A DNA stretch of 64,000 nucleotides. Origin: Geosiphon pyriformis uo1 (taxonomy: Eukaryota; Fungi; Glomeromycota). Below are positions 1 through 12,684 of the stretch, piece by piece; within the stretch, counting starts at the first letter, position 1; every line of letters begins with the position of its first letter. The position numbers and the translations under genes were made by a program. The notes below the pieces were generated by a model that did not search any database, had not been told where the DNA came from, and saw only the letters and a program-made list of their open reading frames with translations. The stretch covers positions 372,001-436,000 of the forward strand of contig JAAOMT010000276.1 in assembly GCA_016748015.1 (NCBI GenBank), written 5' to 3'.

Positions 1-720
1 AAACAAAAAAAACAAAAATAAATAAAATGTCAGCTTTTTATTTGGTATTATTGATTTTAATATAAATAATAAAGAGATATATTTTTTATTTTTGTGTTTT
101 ATTGTTTTAAAATTTAAGTAATTAAATTTTATGATAATTAAAAAAAAGTAAATATTCTTATTAAAAAATTCTTTGTTTTAAATATTAATTTTTTGGCTAT
201 TAAGAAAAAAAATGCTATAACAAAAGTACAGATAATTAAAAATTTATTTTTAACTATAAATAGTTTTAAAAAAACCATTATCTTTTTAAAACTTTTATAT
301 TTAAGAAAAATTTAAAAAAACTATAACATTGGCTAAAAATAAGAATATTTTGGTAAATAGTAATCTTAAAAAACCAAAAGTTCATTTAAATTAGGTTGTA
401 ATTGCTAAGAAAATTTTATAAATGTATTTATCAATTCAATCACAATTAATTGGGCTGTAACAGAAAACTATAATAGAGTTTGCCAAATTAGATTAGATTA
501 ATTTTCTGGCTTTTAAATAATTCTTTTTAATTGGCAAGAATTCAATACATATAACTAAGATTATTAAGAATTGGGCCATCTAAAGACAAAGAAATAGATT
601 TAGTGTTGTTATAACTAAAGATTTTAATTTTTTTATTTAAATGTTATTAATGTTGTTTTTTTGTTTAATCTGTTGTTGATAGAAGCTGGTAGACCTTTGA
701 TAAGCTAATTTATTTTCCTT
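1..720 (+). mobile_element. Heavily decayed LINE ORF1 relic
   Basis: Manual translation gives INFLAIKKKNAITKVQIIKNLFLTINSF, LAKNKNILVNSNLKK and SIQSQLIGL*QKTIIEF..FLIGKNSIHI. These are colinear with the LINE ORF1 at 22813-23682 (SIRMQLIGLWQKAVVEF). Extreme loss of G/C. Boundaries approximate. Confidence 0.75.
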
Positions 721-726
721 CTAAGG

Positions 727-1222
727 TGAGAGCGAGATCCTTATTTTTATTGATAATGGATCTTAATCTCGCGTTCGTCCCTGGATCCCGTGTAATTGCC
801 TATGGTTCCCAATGCGATTTTTTTATTCGTGCGACAATGTATGAGGATGAGCTCAATGTATTTAAGGTAAGTATTTTATTAGTTGAAGCTATTTTTACAG
901 AGTTTATAAGAATTGAACTTTTTTTATATTTTTATGAAATATATAGGATAACAAGCGGCTCTTCGGTTTTTAGAGTGGGCTAAAAACCTTTCGGAACACC
1001 ATGAGCAGATCTGGGGATTGATGAATTTTTAACGACTTCTATGTTGGATATTAATGAAGATTCCGACGAACCGCACTGGTAATGTTTAATTGCATATACT
1101 GGGGCCATGTGTTATAATATCCAGTTGGATCATTGGGAATCAGATATACAAGCGCATGAATCGAACTGGGCGAGTGCGAAATTAAGATCCACCATCTAAT
1201 AAAATAAGAATCCCCGCCCTCA
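727..1222. repeat. Imperfect ~90-bp inverted repeat pair (727-816 / ~1131-1222), MITE-like or inverted duplication
   Basis: The + strand TGAGAGCGAGATCCTTATTTTTATTGATAATGGATCTTAATCTCGC...GGTTCCCAATG aligns with the - strand TGAGGGCGGGGATTCTTATTTTATTAGATGGTGGATCTTAATTTCGC...GATTCCCAATG. Confidence 0.6.
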
Positions 1223-1366
1223 AAAAGTGTGTTTATCAAACAAATGCATCATTTCTATAAAACATGTGCTTGATCATGCCTACATTTACAATTCCGATCA
1301 TCATAGCAAAATTCTATAAATGCGCTACGAAATTTTAATTTTTTCTTCCAAGTTGTGATTATAGGA

Positions 1367-4300
1367 ATGGATGTTTTAACTTTAATAACGTTTCGCAAAT
1401 CAATCATGGTTCATTGGTTTCAGTTTGTGGTATTGATATGCCTGTTTTACCTTTTGAAACGGCAGGTCCCAAATGTAAATTTCTATGAGTTTGTCATGTT
1501 GACGTGTGCTAGTCTCCTTTTTTACCACCTTCTTTGTAAATATTTCTTTTCAAGAATGAAACACCAAACTATAAATGCCCATAAAATATATTTTTGTCGA
1601 ACCTTTCATTCGCGTTTTTTTCCAAGGCGTCATGCGTTTCAATATCCCATAATTTATGTTGGTGTGAATCTCGACGAACTGGAGCAAAAAAATTATATAT
1701 CTTCTGGCCAAGGTTCGAGTTGCCTAGCATACAAATGGTAAATATCAGATGTTGATGAAATTTTTTTAGATTATTTGAATCATAGCACCTTCTGAATTTG
1801 CATTGTACCTTCCCATCGTATCTGGGACCGTAACTACGGCCAAAATTTTCATTAAAGATTTATATTTTTATTGTCCAGGATTTTTGGATATAATCAGCGA
1901 GCTTTATTTAGCATAAGGGATGTTGATTATTTGGGTCAAGTTAGGTCAGGTGATAGTCAGAAAGGCTTTGAGAACACATCCTGTTTATCCGAAAGCATAA
2001 AAAATAAGTTGATCTGGTATATAGAGGAGCATGTAAGTAATACTTTACTCACCATTTATATCATTAGCGTATAATTTTCTGTTTGCGGTCCACCCAGGCT
2101 AAATAAAGCGCAACGACATCACAATCAGCAATTTTCGAGAATCAAATAAAGAGTCCCAGTTATAAAGGGCTCTAACGAATTCAATTTAATGCCAAGAGAA
2201 GGCTGGAATATGTATTCTGATTATCACACAACTTGGATACACTCATTTGTTGAAGGAAATTGAATTATATCTCGAGTGTAAAAATTTGAAGTGGAGGATC
2301 CTATGTTTCGAATTTCAACAAGATATTGTAGTGACCTAGAGAAATCCTTGATATTATAGAAAATTTCAGCAATTAATCTAAAGAGGTTTGAGCTAGTTAC
2401 AACACCCAGGTTTTTTGGCTATGCGTTCAATCCAGTCAGTTTTTATTATTGTTATGACAATGATGATGATCTCACCGTTGTCGTTTTGGAAGTTAATAAT
2501 ACCTTTGGAGAAAAGCATTTATACGTGCTTGGAAGAGATGCTGAAAATATTGAAGCAAATCGTCAAGGGTGACTATAAACTGAGCACTGAAAATTTTTAA
2601 AAGCTACATTGAAAAATTAATGGAATTAAAGATTAATTATTCAACTTATGAAGATATGATATGAGTTTTACGATTCGGCGCGCTTTTCATGTGTCGCCGT
2701 TCAATGATCGCAAAGGTTTCTATCGGGTTTTTTGCCGGAGCCCTTTGTCAGGCCAGCTAGACATGCGTATAGTAGTGTACACTGAAATTTCGTCAACTAT
2801 CATTACTGATTCTAAATCTAGTCAGACAATTTTCCCCGCTTTCGGCAGAAAAAAGATGGTTGCTTTAGTGACTGGCCCCTCTTATTCACTTACGCCAGTT
2901 GCTCTATGTTACGCTGTGTTAACATACCCGCTGGATATATTCCTGACTATGCCTCGTATTCTCAAAGAAGCATACAAACTTCATTATAATAAAGGAATGG
3001 GGGTTTTTCACAGGCCCAATCCTATAAAAGGGACTGTTGTAAAGTTGAAACCCAATTTTATAGATTTGTAAGTATTTTCTGAATTGAATAATTTGAATGT
3101 ACTAATAACCTTTAAATGTTTAATGGCTTTCATATTTAGATATGCCCAACAACTTGTAACTAATTATTTGATAGATTTGGTAACTAATTGTCCTCAGCCG
3201 ATTTCAATCAAAATTCATCTTCCTGACGTCAAAGAACCAACCATTCATATCAAGTCGAGAGAAAAATTTCCTTCAATCAAGATTTCCCCTTCTCCCAAAC
3301 CGATCATTATAACTCTTTCAAATTATTCTTTTTTCACAAATTTTTTATTTAATCAATCAATCAATCGGGCTTTATTGGTCGGATTTTTTGAAAAAGCTTG
3401 GGAATGTAATGATCTTCCTCTTCTCCTTGATTTCTTTTTCAATATGACAAAAAAAAGAGGGGCAATTTTTCGATATAAAAAGCCCTACTTGTCGGATTAC
3501 GAGTCTTGGGCGGCAAAAATCCGGCGCATATATCTTCGAAGTATAGTAGAGGGAAAAGCCTCTGGTGGGCTTGAAGCTAAAAAAAAGTATGATCAAATGT
3601 TTCACTGGTCAGGAAATGGAAAAGAAAAGAATTATAGAACGGCTATCGCTCAAAATGATGTTATCTATAAAGTTAGACTTTCTGGCATAGTAAGTAGAAG
3701 AAATTACCTGCTAGTCATTTTTTAATGTTGTTGATGCCCGTTACTTTTCTCATCATCAAACCTCCAATATTTTATAGAAATCGAACCCCAGCAGTATGTC
3801 AACAGCAATTAGGGATCTTTTAAAAGAATTGGAAGACGGCAAACTTATCGATTTCAACCATATTTACTTATTAACAGTCCCATCATCGGGCTCCGTGAAA
3901 CATCTCGCTCCTTTGATCACTGACCAACTTCACCTCTTGCCCTTCCCACCCCGATACCTTCCCTATGATACCAAAGAACCAATAAAACATCCAATTGATC
4001 ATTTTCTTTTGTCAGCAACTGATAATGATCGTAAGAAACATCTATGGATGTTGTTTATTGGTGCAATTGGGTATAAATTGGACAGTTGGCTGTGGCAAAA
4101 GATTACAAGATTCACCGATGGGCCTCATGGGAATCCTTTTATCACTGAAAAACATATTTGGGAAGGAGTTATTGATCTTTTAGAAGGAAGTGATGGTGGC
4201 TTTATTAATGAGAGCAAAAATTTTTTTGAACAATGGGAGGTTGTTTTTGAACGGCGAGGTATGTTAATCTCCCACAGTACTTTATCAGCAGAATTTTCAA

Positions 4301-4551
4301 ATATTTTATTATTGTAAACCGGAAAAGGTGATTCCACGATCTAAGCTATTTTTATTTTACCAAATTCGAATCGATTAGTCGAAAATAAGCAATTCCAACT
4401 GGTGCCCCCAGTTCTGACAAATGATGCACCATTAGAGCGACGAGGAAATTTATCTAACCCAAATATACAAGAAGATTCACAATATCGACTGTGGTTTTAT
4501 ATGAAAACTTATCGGGAGATTGTTCTATTAAACCCAAATCTAATAATTTAA
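1367..4551 (+). CDS. DUF1365-domain protein with N-terminal hydrophobic segments and long C-terminal extension (7 exons)
   Basis: Exons 1367-1737, 1879-2032, 2360-2568, 2654-3067, 3140-3671, 3778-4258 and 4379-4551 join in frame through GT-AG introns. DUF1365 motifs present: HSRFFPRRHAFQY, PRFFGYAFNPVSFYYC, LEVNNTFGEKHLY, FHVSPFN. Start codon uncertain (1367 or 1406). Confidence 0.85.
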
Positions 4552-4759
4552 TATCGCCATCTTCAATATGAGTCAATTAAGTTTGTGAACCCTATAATGG
4601 TGATTTTCAGTAGACTCGTGATTTTGCTTAACAAGTAAAATTGAGTGCTTATTAATTTAATTTGGAGCGATTCATATTTCACTCGTTGATTTTGAACCGT
4701 TTTAAACAGAAGCCGGTCTATGGTACATCACTCCATTACCTGTACTTTTAAATTTAATA

Positions 4760-6618
4760 ATGAATAACCAACAACTTTGTCAGGGACAAAATTGCTCTAA
4801 TCTTGCCAAATTACAATGTCCCACGTGTATCAAACTTAACATACCAGGTTCTTTCTTTTGCTCTCAACAATGCTTCAAACAAAACTGGGTAAATTCTTTC
4901 TTGCATTTCTTGGGATGTCGAGATCTTAACCTTTTTTTAACCGCATTTTCTTTCTCCAAAAAGTCCACTCACAAATTGGTACACAAGTCGTCAGCAGCAC
5001 AAAATGGTAAATACTTTTTACCCTTTAAGCAAATTACATATCTTGTTCTAATCCTTATTTGTTCTAATAAAAATATCATATCAGAAACATACATACCAGC
5101 TTTTCCTTACACTGGTACACTTCGTGCAGTGTATCCTTTTTCTCCTCGAAGAGCGGTCCCACAACATATCAAAAAACCTGACTATGCTAATGATCCAGAA
5201 GGTATTTGTTAATGGACTATTGGTTAATATAAATAAATTTCTCTTTCGATTTTACTAATTTCAAAGATCTTAAATTTTAATATTGGTAAATGAAGGACAA
5301 TCACTATCCGAAATTAGGAGTAAACAAGCAAGCATCGTTCTGAGTCCGGAAGCAATAGAAAAAATGCGTACTGTGTGCAAGGTATTAAAAGACCATCATT
5401 AATATTTTTAATGTTACAACGATCTCTTGAAATTTTACAATCTATCTTTTTGGGAATAATTTTTAGCTTGGACGTGAAGTATTGGATATCGGCGCAGCAG
5501 CAGTTAAACCCGGAGTCACAACTGATGAAATAGATCGCATTGTACATGAGGCTGCAATAGAAAGAAATTCTTATCCTTCTCCGTTAAATTATTATAAATT
5601 TCCTAAATCAGTATGCACGTAAGTTTCCACATTTTCAATCTCTATTTAAAATCTATTTATAGTTTATAATTTCTGACTAGATATTTCATTTGTAAATATG
5701 TCAGTTCAGTGAACGAAGGTACTCTTAAGATGGAAACCCATATAATTCCGATCATGGATCTTGTTTTACATTTTCCTATCAATTTTCAGTCATTTGTCAC
5801 GGCATCCCAGATCGTCGGGAACTCCAAGATGGTGATATTGTAAATCTTGACGTGAGTTTATATCACGATGAATATCATGGCGATTTGAATGAAACTTATG
5901 CGGTGGGAACTATCGATCAAGATAGTCAAAGGCTGTTGGCTACTGCTAAACAATGTTTGACTAAATCTATTGAATGTGGTAGGTAAGATGACTTTAAGAA
6001 ATGTTTGCTTATACAAATTTTTTTGAACCCGCTAAATATTTTCACGAATTTAGTAAAACCCGGTTTTTTATATCGCGATCTTGGGAGTGTCATTGAAAAA
6101 ATTGCAAAGAATAATAATTGTTCGGTTGTTCGTAGCTACTGCGGGCATGGGATACATAAGTAAATCACCCAAATAGTTTATTAGTCGTTCTTTAAATTTA
6201 CAATGACTAAGGAAATATTGTAAATTAATAGATTATTTCATTGCGCACCAAGTGTACCTCATTATTCAAGTAAGCCTCTCATATCTTCTTTGATTGATCT
6301 CTTGATCTTTAAATAAAGAATACAAATTTTTTTTAAAGAAAACAAGGGGATAGGCATTATGAAACCCGGGCATGTCTTTACCATTGAACCTATGATTAAT
6401 TTAGGTAAATAACGCTTCATTATTTCCTACCTCTTTTCAAAATTTAATGATTCTTTTTATCATTAGGTACCCACAGAGACAGACTTTGGCCTGATAATTG
6501 GACAGCCGTAACAGAAGATGGAAAACGGAGTGCTCAATTTGAGCACACTTTATTAGTTACAGAAGATGGGGTGGAGGTTCTCACCGCTGGGGTTGGAGAA
6601 AAACGGTTTTACCCTTGA
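4760..6618 (+). CDS. MAP1: Methionine aminopeptidase 1 (type Ib, N-terminal zinc finger), 11 exons
   Basis: Exons 4760-4888, 4964-5006, 5085-5201, 5296-5381, 5467-5618, 5705-5718, 5790-5978, 6054-6159, 6232-6269, 6339-6404 and 6467-6618. Motifs: [18 protein letters not shown] zinc finger, [51 protein letters not shown]. Confidence 0.97.
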
Positions 6619-7369
6619 AATATTCACTTCCAGTTTTCATAGTCTTCGGTCGTTATTTCTTATTTAAGAGGACTTTGTCCCAAGCTGAGGCTTCATGGCT
6701 CTTTTTAACATCGCATCCCACGCCTCCAAATAAAGTGTGCAGATGATTCCTGTGTACCCAAATTCTGAGATTTTATGATTAAGAAATTGACTAGCAAGAG
6801 AGATTTTGTTGAAAATTAATCTAAAAGTTGATATTTGACTAGACTGACGTGCCGCTTTCGAGATAAAGGAGGGCAGAATTTTGATGATAACATAGAACTC
6901 TACCAGCTATCCATTTTAATTTCCCATTGCTAGTTGAAATTCTAACTTTCGAAATAATCAAAGAATTATCGCTCCATATGATAAAACAAACTTGAATTGA
7001 TGAGGCCAAAATTAGAATTCAAATCTAACAAGGCAAAACATTTTATACGAGGCAAAGCTTTAAATTTTGACAATAAATATTGATATTAGAGAAAATATTT
7101 ATTTCAAATTCAAACAATAATTGGATCAAAAATTATTTTCGTGTTCTCTAATAATGGACTATTGTTAAAAATGGTGAGTTTATTTCGGACCCTTAAATTG
7201 AAATTTAATCTTTAATGCAGGAAGCAACACCCAAAATTTACAAAATCAAAAAGCGGATATCATGATATTGAAATAGTATTATTGTACACAGTGGAATATG
7301 ATTTTGAGTAGTCAAAGATTTTTAAAGGAAACAAAAATACGTAATATACACCCCATTTTATCCCTCACC

Positions 7370-8978
7370 CTAAGGTATTCGGAGTTTCTCCATACCACGA
7401 CTTCTTATGTACTCCTCAACACCAACTGTGTTATTAAGATATCTTTGGATGAATTCAGTAGTTAGGTATTCGGGCTTTGGCTTATCACTATTCTTTCCCT
7501 CCTGACTTTCGAATTGATTAATAAGTGGCTCATGTTGATAATCCATTGTAATCGGGGAGTTCTGCTTTGCAACTATCCTTTGCTCCATTTCTTGATATGA
7601 ACTAGACTCATTCTCACTATGAAAAGCAAGAGAACGACTGCTTCTTTCATGAGGGATGTCTGGATCTACGGTGTAGGAGTTCAATTCCTCGTCTTCTTGA
7701 GAAAGAAGATTTAAAGGACTCGGGATATTGTGAAATATTCTTCGTACGAAATTTTTCATGGCCAGTACAGGACTATTTGAAGGAGTACTTTGGAAATTGA
7801 ATTGTTCCTCCTCCCTATCTAAATCTTCCCCTTCTGAAATCTGTGAAGGAGGGGTGGATATGTTAATGGAAGTCCTTTGATGATATTGCTCTTTTGGGCC
7901 CTCCTGACGTTTGTTTGTATCCCCCCTATCAAATTCTTCCGCTTCTGAAATCCGTGCAAGAGGGGTGGATTGCCTAGCTCTTAATTTAGTACTCTTGGCC
8001 TCCGGGTCCGAGAAGAAGCCCAGTTCCTCGTACTTCTCTGGATAGGCGTGTCGAATTCTATTTTGTTTGAGAAAAAGATTTTGCTCATAATGTAAATAAT
8101 ATTCATTGCAATATATAAGTTTTAATATGATAACGAAAACATGCCTGTCTCTTAAATCAGTGCTTTTCCGATGATCTAAGCCGATTTCTTTATCATGACA
8201 AATCTTTGCCCAATTACTACCATGCTAAGATTAGAGAACCAATTATGAAACCAAAATTCATATTAGAGAAATTAGGTTATTGATTATTGGTACAATAATA
8301 TATTATTCACCCTCACCTTTTCAACACCCTCAAGCAATTTTCTATCTTCCTCGGGGGTGAAGTAGTGCTTCTTACGGCGCTGAACGCGACGAAAAATTGG
8401 TCGAGTTGAAGTGTCGTCTGATTCGTCAGAAGCTAAATTGGGGGCAGATTCATCAGATATGTTGGTGAATCGACCATAGAGACGATTGTATTCAGTTGAA
8501 AAGCTTGCTCTAAATCTGGTTTTCGTATAAACCAAAGTAAGATCCAAATGCATTAATGGGTGATCCACACTTTACAACTTTCCCTGGCAATGTTCTTAAG
8601 CTCTTTTTAAGAGATTGAATCAGTCACTCAACAACTGTACTCACTTATCCTTTAAATCAACAGCAGTCCTGTTTGAGAAATGGTATTCAGGATCCTCAAC
8701 CATTTTCTTCCACGCCCCCACACCATACTGAGTAATAAACAGATAAAATGAGAAACACTAAGTGAATAACACTGAATAGGTTCAAAATAATTTATAATTT
8801 GAAAAGTTTGATTTTGTAGAAACCACACCTTGAGGCACGCGTTTGACAAGTCTCGGGTCTCAGCTTCGGACCAAAAATGTCGCGGACGTCTTGGTTTTCT
8901 TGACCTTTTCCTAGGATTATCTCGCCTTAATGTTCTCAGGGTGTCGGAGGTTGTACGACCTTCTCTTTCTTCAAACAT
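7370..8978 (-). CDS. Double Myb/telobox-domain protein (Tay1/Teb1-like telomere-repeat binding factor), 5 exons
   Basis: Exons 8978-8829, 8727-8645, 8515-8317, 8224-8145 and 8057-7370. Myb1: WSEAETRDL...YGVGAWKKM.....FSNRTAVDLKDKFR. Myb2: FTPEEDRKLLEGVEKHGSNWAKI.....HRKSTDLRDRIR. The RTxVDLKDK telobox signature is present. Intron 4 is GC-AG. Confidence 0.85.
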
Positions 8979-9460
8979 AATGAAAATAATAAAAAAATTT
9001 TGAATTTGAAATTTATGATTATTTGAATTCAGTATTTAACTGTTGCGCGTTGTGGTCTAAGCAAGGTTAAAAAGGTTGGTTTGTTATTAATCGCGAGTGT
9101 TGTCACAATGGTGTGATATTTTTTACATTTGAACCTATAGTATCATTACGATCTTACCACGAACTTAGACTAGTTCGGTATCATACATGAACATGAGATG
9201 ATCAGGAATCAGGGTCATCAAAAACGTGCACAGAGCGCAGTTAGATGCTCAAACAATTGATCAGATTACCTAATTTTCCAAAGTTAAAAGAAAAAAATAA
9301 GTATTTTTTATTGATTTACGTAATTGCTAATTTTTTTTTATTCAAAATATTATTTAATTTTGTTTTTCCAAGTTAAAATATTATTATTTTATTATTTATT
9401 ATAAAATTTATAAATTTATAAATTTGATTTCGTTATATGATTTATTACAACATTCTAAAA

Positions 9461-9494
<34 letters not shown>
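9461..9494. repeat. (ATT)n microsatellite
   Basis: About 11 perfect ATT units. Confidence 0.9.
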
Positions 9495-9495
<1 letters not shown>

Positions 9496-10595
9496 AGACG
9501 CATAAACTGTTTTTAGATTTATGATAAATTCATATATAAATTTCATATCAAAGTACGTTTATATTAATAATAATAATAATAATTAATTTAACAAAATATT
9601 ATTGTGAGAAAATGCTTACAATTATCTGTTTTGTGTTCAATATAGGGTTTTATTAAGATACAAAGACTTTCCTAAAAAAGCCCAACGGGATGAAGCAACA
9701 TGGCAATAGAGGCGTAGTCTATTCCTCAGGGGAAGGGTTCACTCAGCTAACAATATGCATATACATCAAATATCGGCAAGACATTTTTGGTTTTAAGCAG
9801 ATCCTTATTCTAATATGTCACAACATGAAGTTCACTGAAGATTATTTTCGAAAAGCCCTAAAAATGTTGATTTTTATTTTGTGGCGTTATGTTCACTTGT
9901 ATGGTTTTTTTTGATATACGTAAAGATAATGATATATCTCAAATTGATGCACCAAAGAAGAGGCGGATATGAACAAATCGGCCGGCCAGCCAGCGAACGA
10001 ATATTATAATGTATCAAATATATAAAGGTAAGAAACTAATATGTTAGTGATGAAAACTAATTTATAGAAAGTGGGATAATAAAAGGAACTTCAAAGTTGC
10101 GGGTAGATTGAACACTAAAAAATTAAAAAATAATACAGCCTTTCTTAATTCCTGTAATTTTAAACTGATTGGAATTTTCACTAGGAAATTTCAAGAATCA
10201 AAAAAGAGACACTAATAATACTAAGTGTAGGAGGAAAAGAATTAGTAATTATATGAATACAAGAGGAAATGAAGGTGACTTTTTTGTTCGTATGTGTGTT
10301 TTTGTATGGTATCTATGAGAGATGGATACGTTCATTCGTTCATTTTATCAAATTTCTTGTTAAACAACTGTCAATCCATTCCAAAAATGTCTAAGATTGG
10401 TCCAAGAGTCTCAAATAATACCCAAATAAACAAGAAAAATCTTCATGATCATCATCAAAAAATACCAAGGCAGAAAGAAAAACCAAATATTTTTTTGATA
10501 ATGCCCCATTCTTTCTTTCTTTCTTTCTTTCTTTCTTTGATTGTCTGGATTCAAAAAAGAACCACTTATTTTAAAAGATTGATCACACATGGCTA

Positions 10596-11675
10596 TCATT
10601 CCGAGACGATTAACGAAGAGTTAAAAGCATTTGTGAATTCTGCTTCACTGATATTCGGAGCTCCTGAACTTAGATTTAATCCGGTCTGTGAAGAATTTGC
10701 CGAATCTGATAGGTATATTGAAGGAACTCGCGATAATGGTGAGGCTCGATAGGCACCAGTTGTTATAAGTTCATCCATGGCTTTTTCACAGAACGATTCG
10801 AGAGCTTTTTCCAACTTTTGAAATATTGAGAATTTATGTTAATATTTGATTCATGGGAATAATGAGAGGATCAAGGGTAACAGATTGATTGATGTCACAC
10901 TTACATGATATATTCCTGTAGTGGTTAGTTTTACTATTTCAGCAGGATCGAATTGGTCAAATTTGGTATCAAAACGAAATTTGCAAGCTCTGAATTTTTC
11001 AAAAGACATTTTTTTTTTTTTAAATAAAATCGATCATGGTAATATCTCGAACTGAAATTTTCAAGATGAAGGATTACTTACGCAGCAAAGAATTTTAGAT
11101 TCTCGGTTGCTCGATAAGTTCGTGTTGTATCTTCATGAATTTTATCAATGAAACCGAATGGACGTTTTGATCGTCGAACCACAGTATTATAAATATCGCA
11201 AATCAATTTTCCGTCTCTAGAAGGATAAGTATGAATTAGTATGAGAATTTCTAAAATTTTTCAAATTCACCAAAAAACTCACGCTAATGCAGCGAAAAAT
11301 TCAGTTCTGTCATGCCGAGGATCTGGAAGTTTTACGTAGTTGGGAGATTGTTTTGATTTTGAAGGACGATGAGCTTCAAGAAATGAATGATATCGAGCTA
11401 AGAATGCAAAAATTCATGTTTAATTTATGTTTTAATTATGATTCAAATGAACCCTTCTATTTTTTTTTAAATTTCAGGTATTTAAAATCTAGAAAGACTT
11501 ACCAATGACGTCATCTTCAAATAATTCTGGATGTGTCCAATCAAGATTAAAATACCCAGGAGAAGCAGGAGGGGTTATCAATGATGTTCTGTTATCATGA
11601 ATATCATCATCAAGACTTGAAGAAGTTGAAGAAGAAGATGGGGTAGCAGTATGATTTATAGTTGCTCTTACATAA

Positions 11676-11714
<39 letters not shown>

Positions 11715-12684
11715 AGGGCAGGAGTATGATTTATACTTGCTCTTAGATAAGAAGTATGTGGATATATATTTTTGTCGTCAAATAATAAACAATCTTCAAC
11801 TACTTCAAGATATTTTCGTAATATATGTCGATCATTAGTAAGTGATCTAATACTAGATTGTTTATATATATGTCCATCCTCGCTGCTACTATCATCAGTG
11901 TCGTCATCTCGACTATTCTTTTCCAGATTACTAATCATTTCGAGAACTTCCAAGGCTGCCGATCGAATTCGGACCATTGATTCTGGTGATAAATCCTCTT
12001 TAACCATAGTATAATTTTTCACCGATTGTACAGCTTTTGTTGTGGTGGCGATCACATCTAACACGTCAACCATCACTGGAGTATCATCAGATTGAGCATC
12101 ACCCACGGTAAAATGCCACGCGTCAAGCATTTCTTCTATATCAATGTGACACATGGCCAATACTACTTCGGGGTCAGTTTCGATATCAAGTTTTGAGGTA
12201 ATGTAAGAGGGTAATGGTGGTGGTGAAGGTGGAAGTGGTGTGGGTGGAAATGGAATCTCCTCGGGTTCTTCAGAAATATTTAGTAGCTCCGTTAAATTTG
12301 TGTTTATAGTAAGTTTTGGTAAATTATCTTGACTGTAATTATAAATTTTATTTTTAGAATTTTATTTTTTCACCAATAAATTATTTAATAAATGACGTAC
12401 CCATTTTTAGGTTTTTTTGGTTTTATTATGATTCCTCTTTTGGCATAAAAGTGTTGTAAGTGAGTAATGCTTCCAAGTGCCAGAACCGATTGGCGCTTTT
12501 TTGCACTATGAGCAAAATCTCTTGGTTTTAAAGGTTTCTTATAAAATCGTTTTGGTGTTCCTGGAGTCGTGGGCATTAAGGTAAAAGATTTATTCTTTTG
12601 TCTACCTTCTGGGTCAGTCTCCAGATAAGAAGGGGTTGCAATTGGGGATATAGTGGTATATCTTTGAGCAGAAGTAGCTTCCAT
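10596..12684 (-). CDS. Conserved fungal protein with C-terminal calponin-homology-like domain, 6 exons
   Basis: Exons 12684-12401, 12332-11503, 11397-11283, 11216-11082, 10989-10905 and 10814-10596 join in frame (GT-AG). N-terminal SAKKRQSVLALGSITHLQHFY motif and a Pro-rich linker. CH-like LADGKLICDIYNTVVRRSKRPFGFIDKIHED..TYRATENLKFFAAACKFRF. Family assignment from recall only. Confidence 0.8.

Noticed and set aside
726-1239. ORFs 726-983 (+) and 1051-1239 (-)
   Set aside because: Short, non-ATG track starts and no recognisable motifs; they overlap the inverted repeat.
9690-10752. ORFs 9690-9914, 10294-10752 and 10411-10599
   Set aside because: No motifs or splice-consistent structure; they are intergenic, in the 3' UTR, or antisense to the last exon of the CH-like gene.
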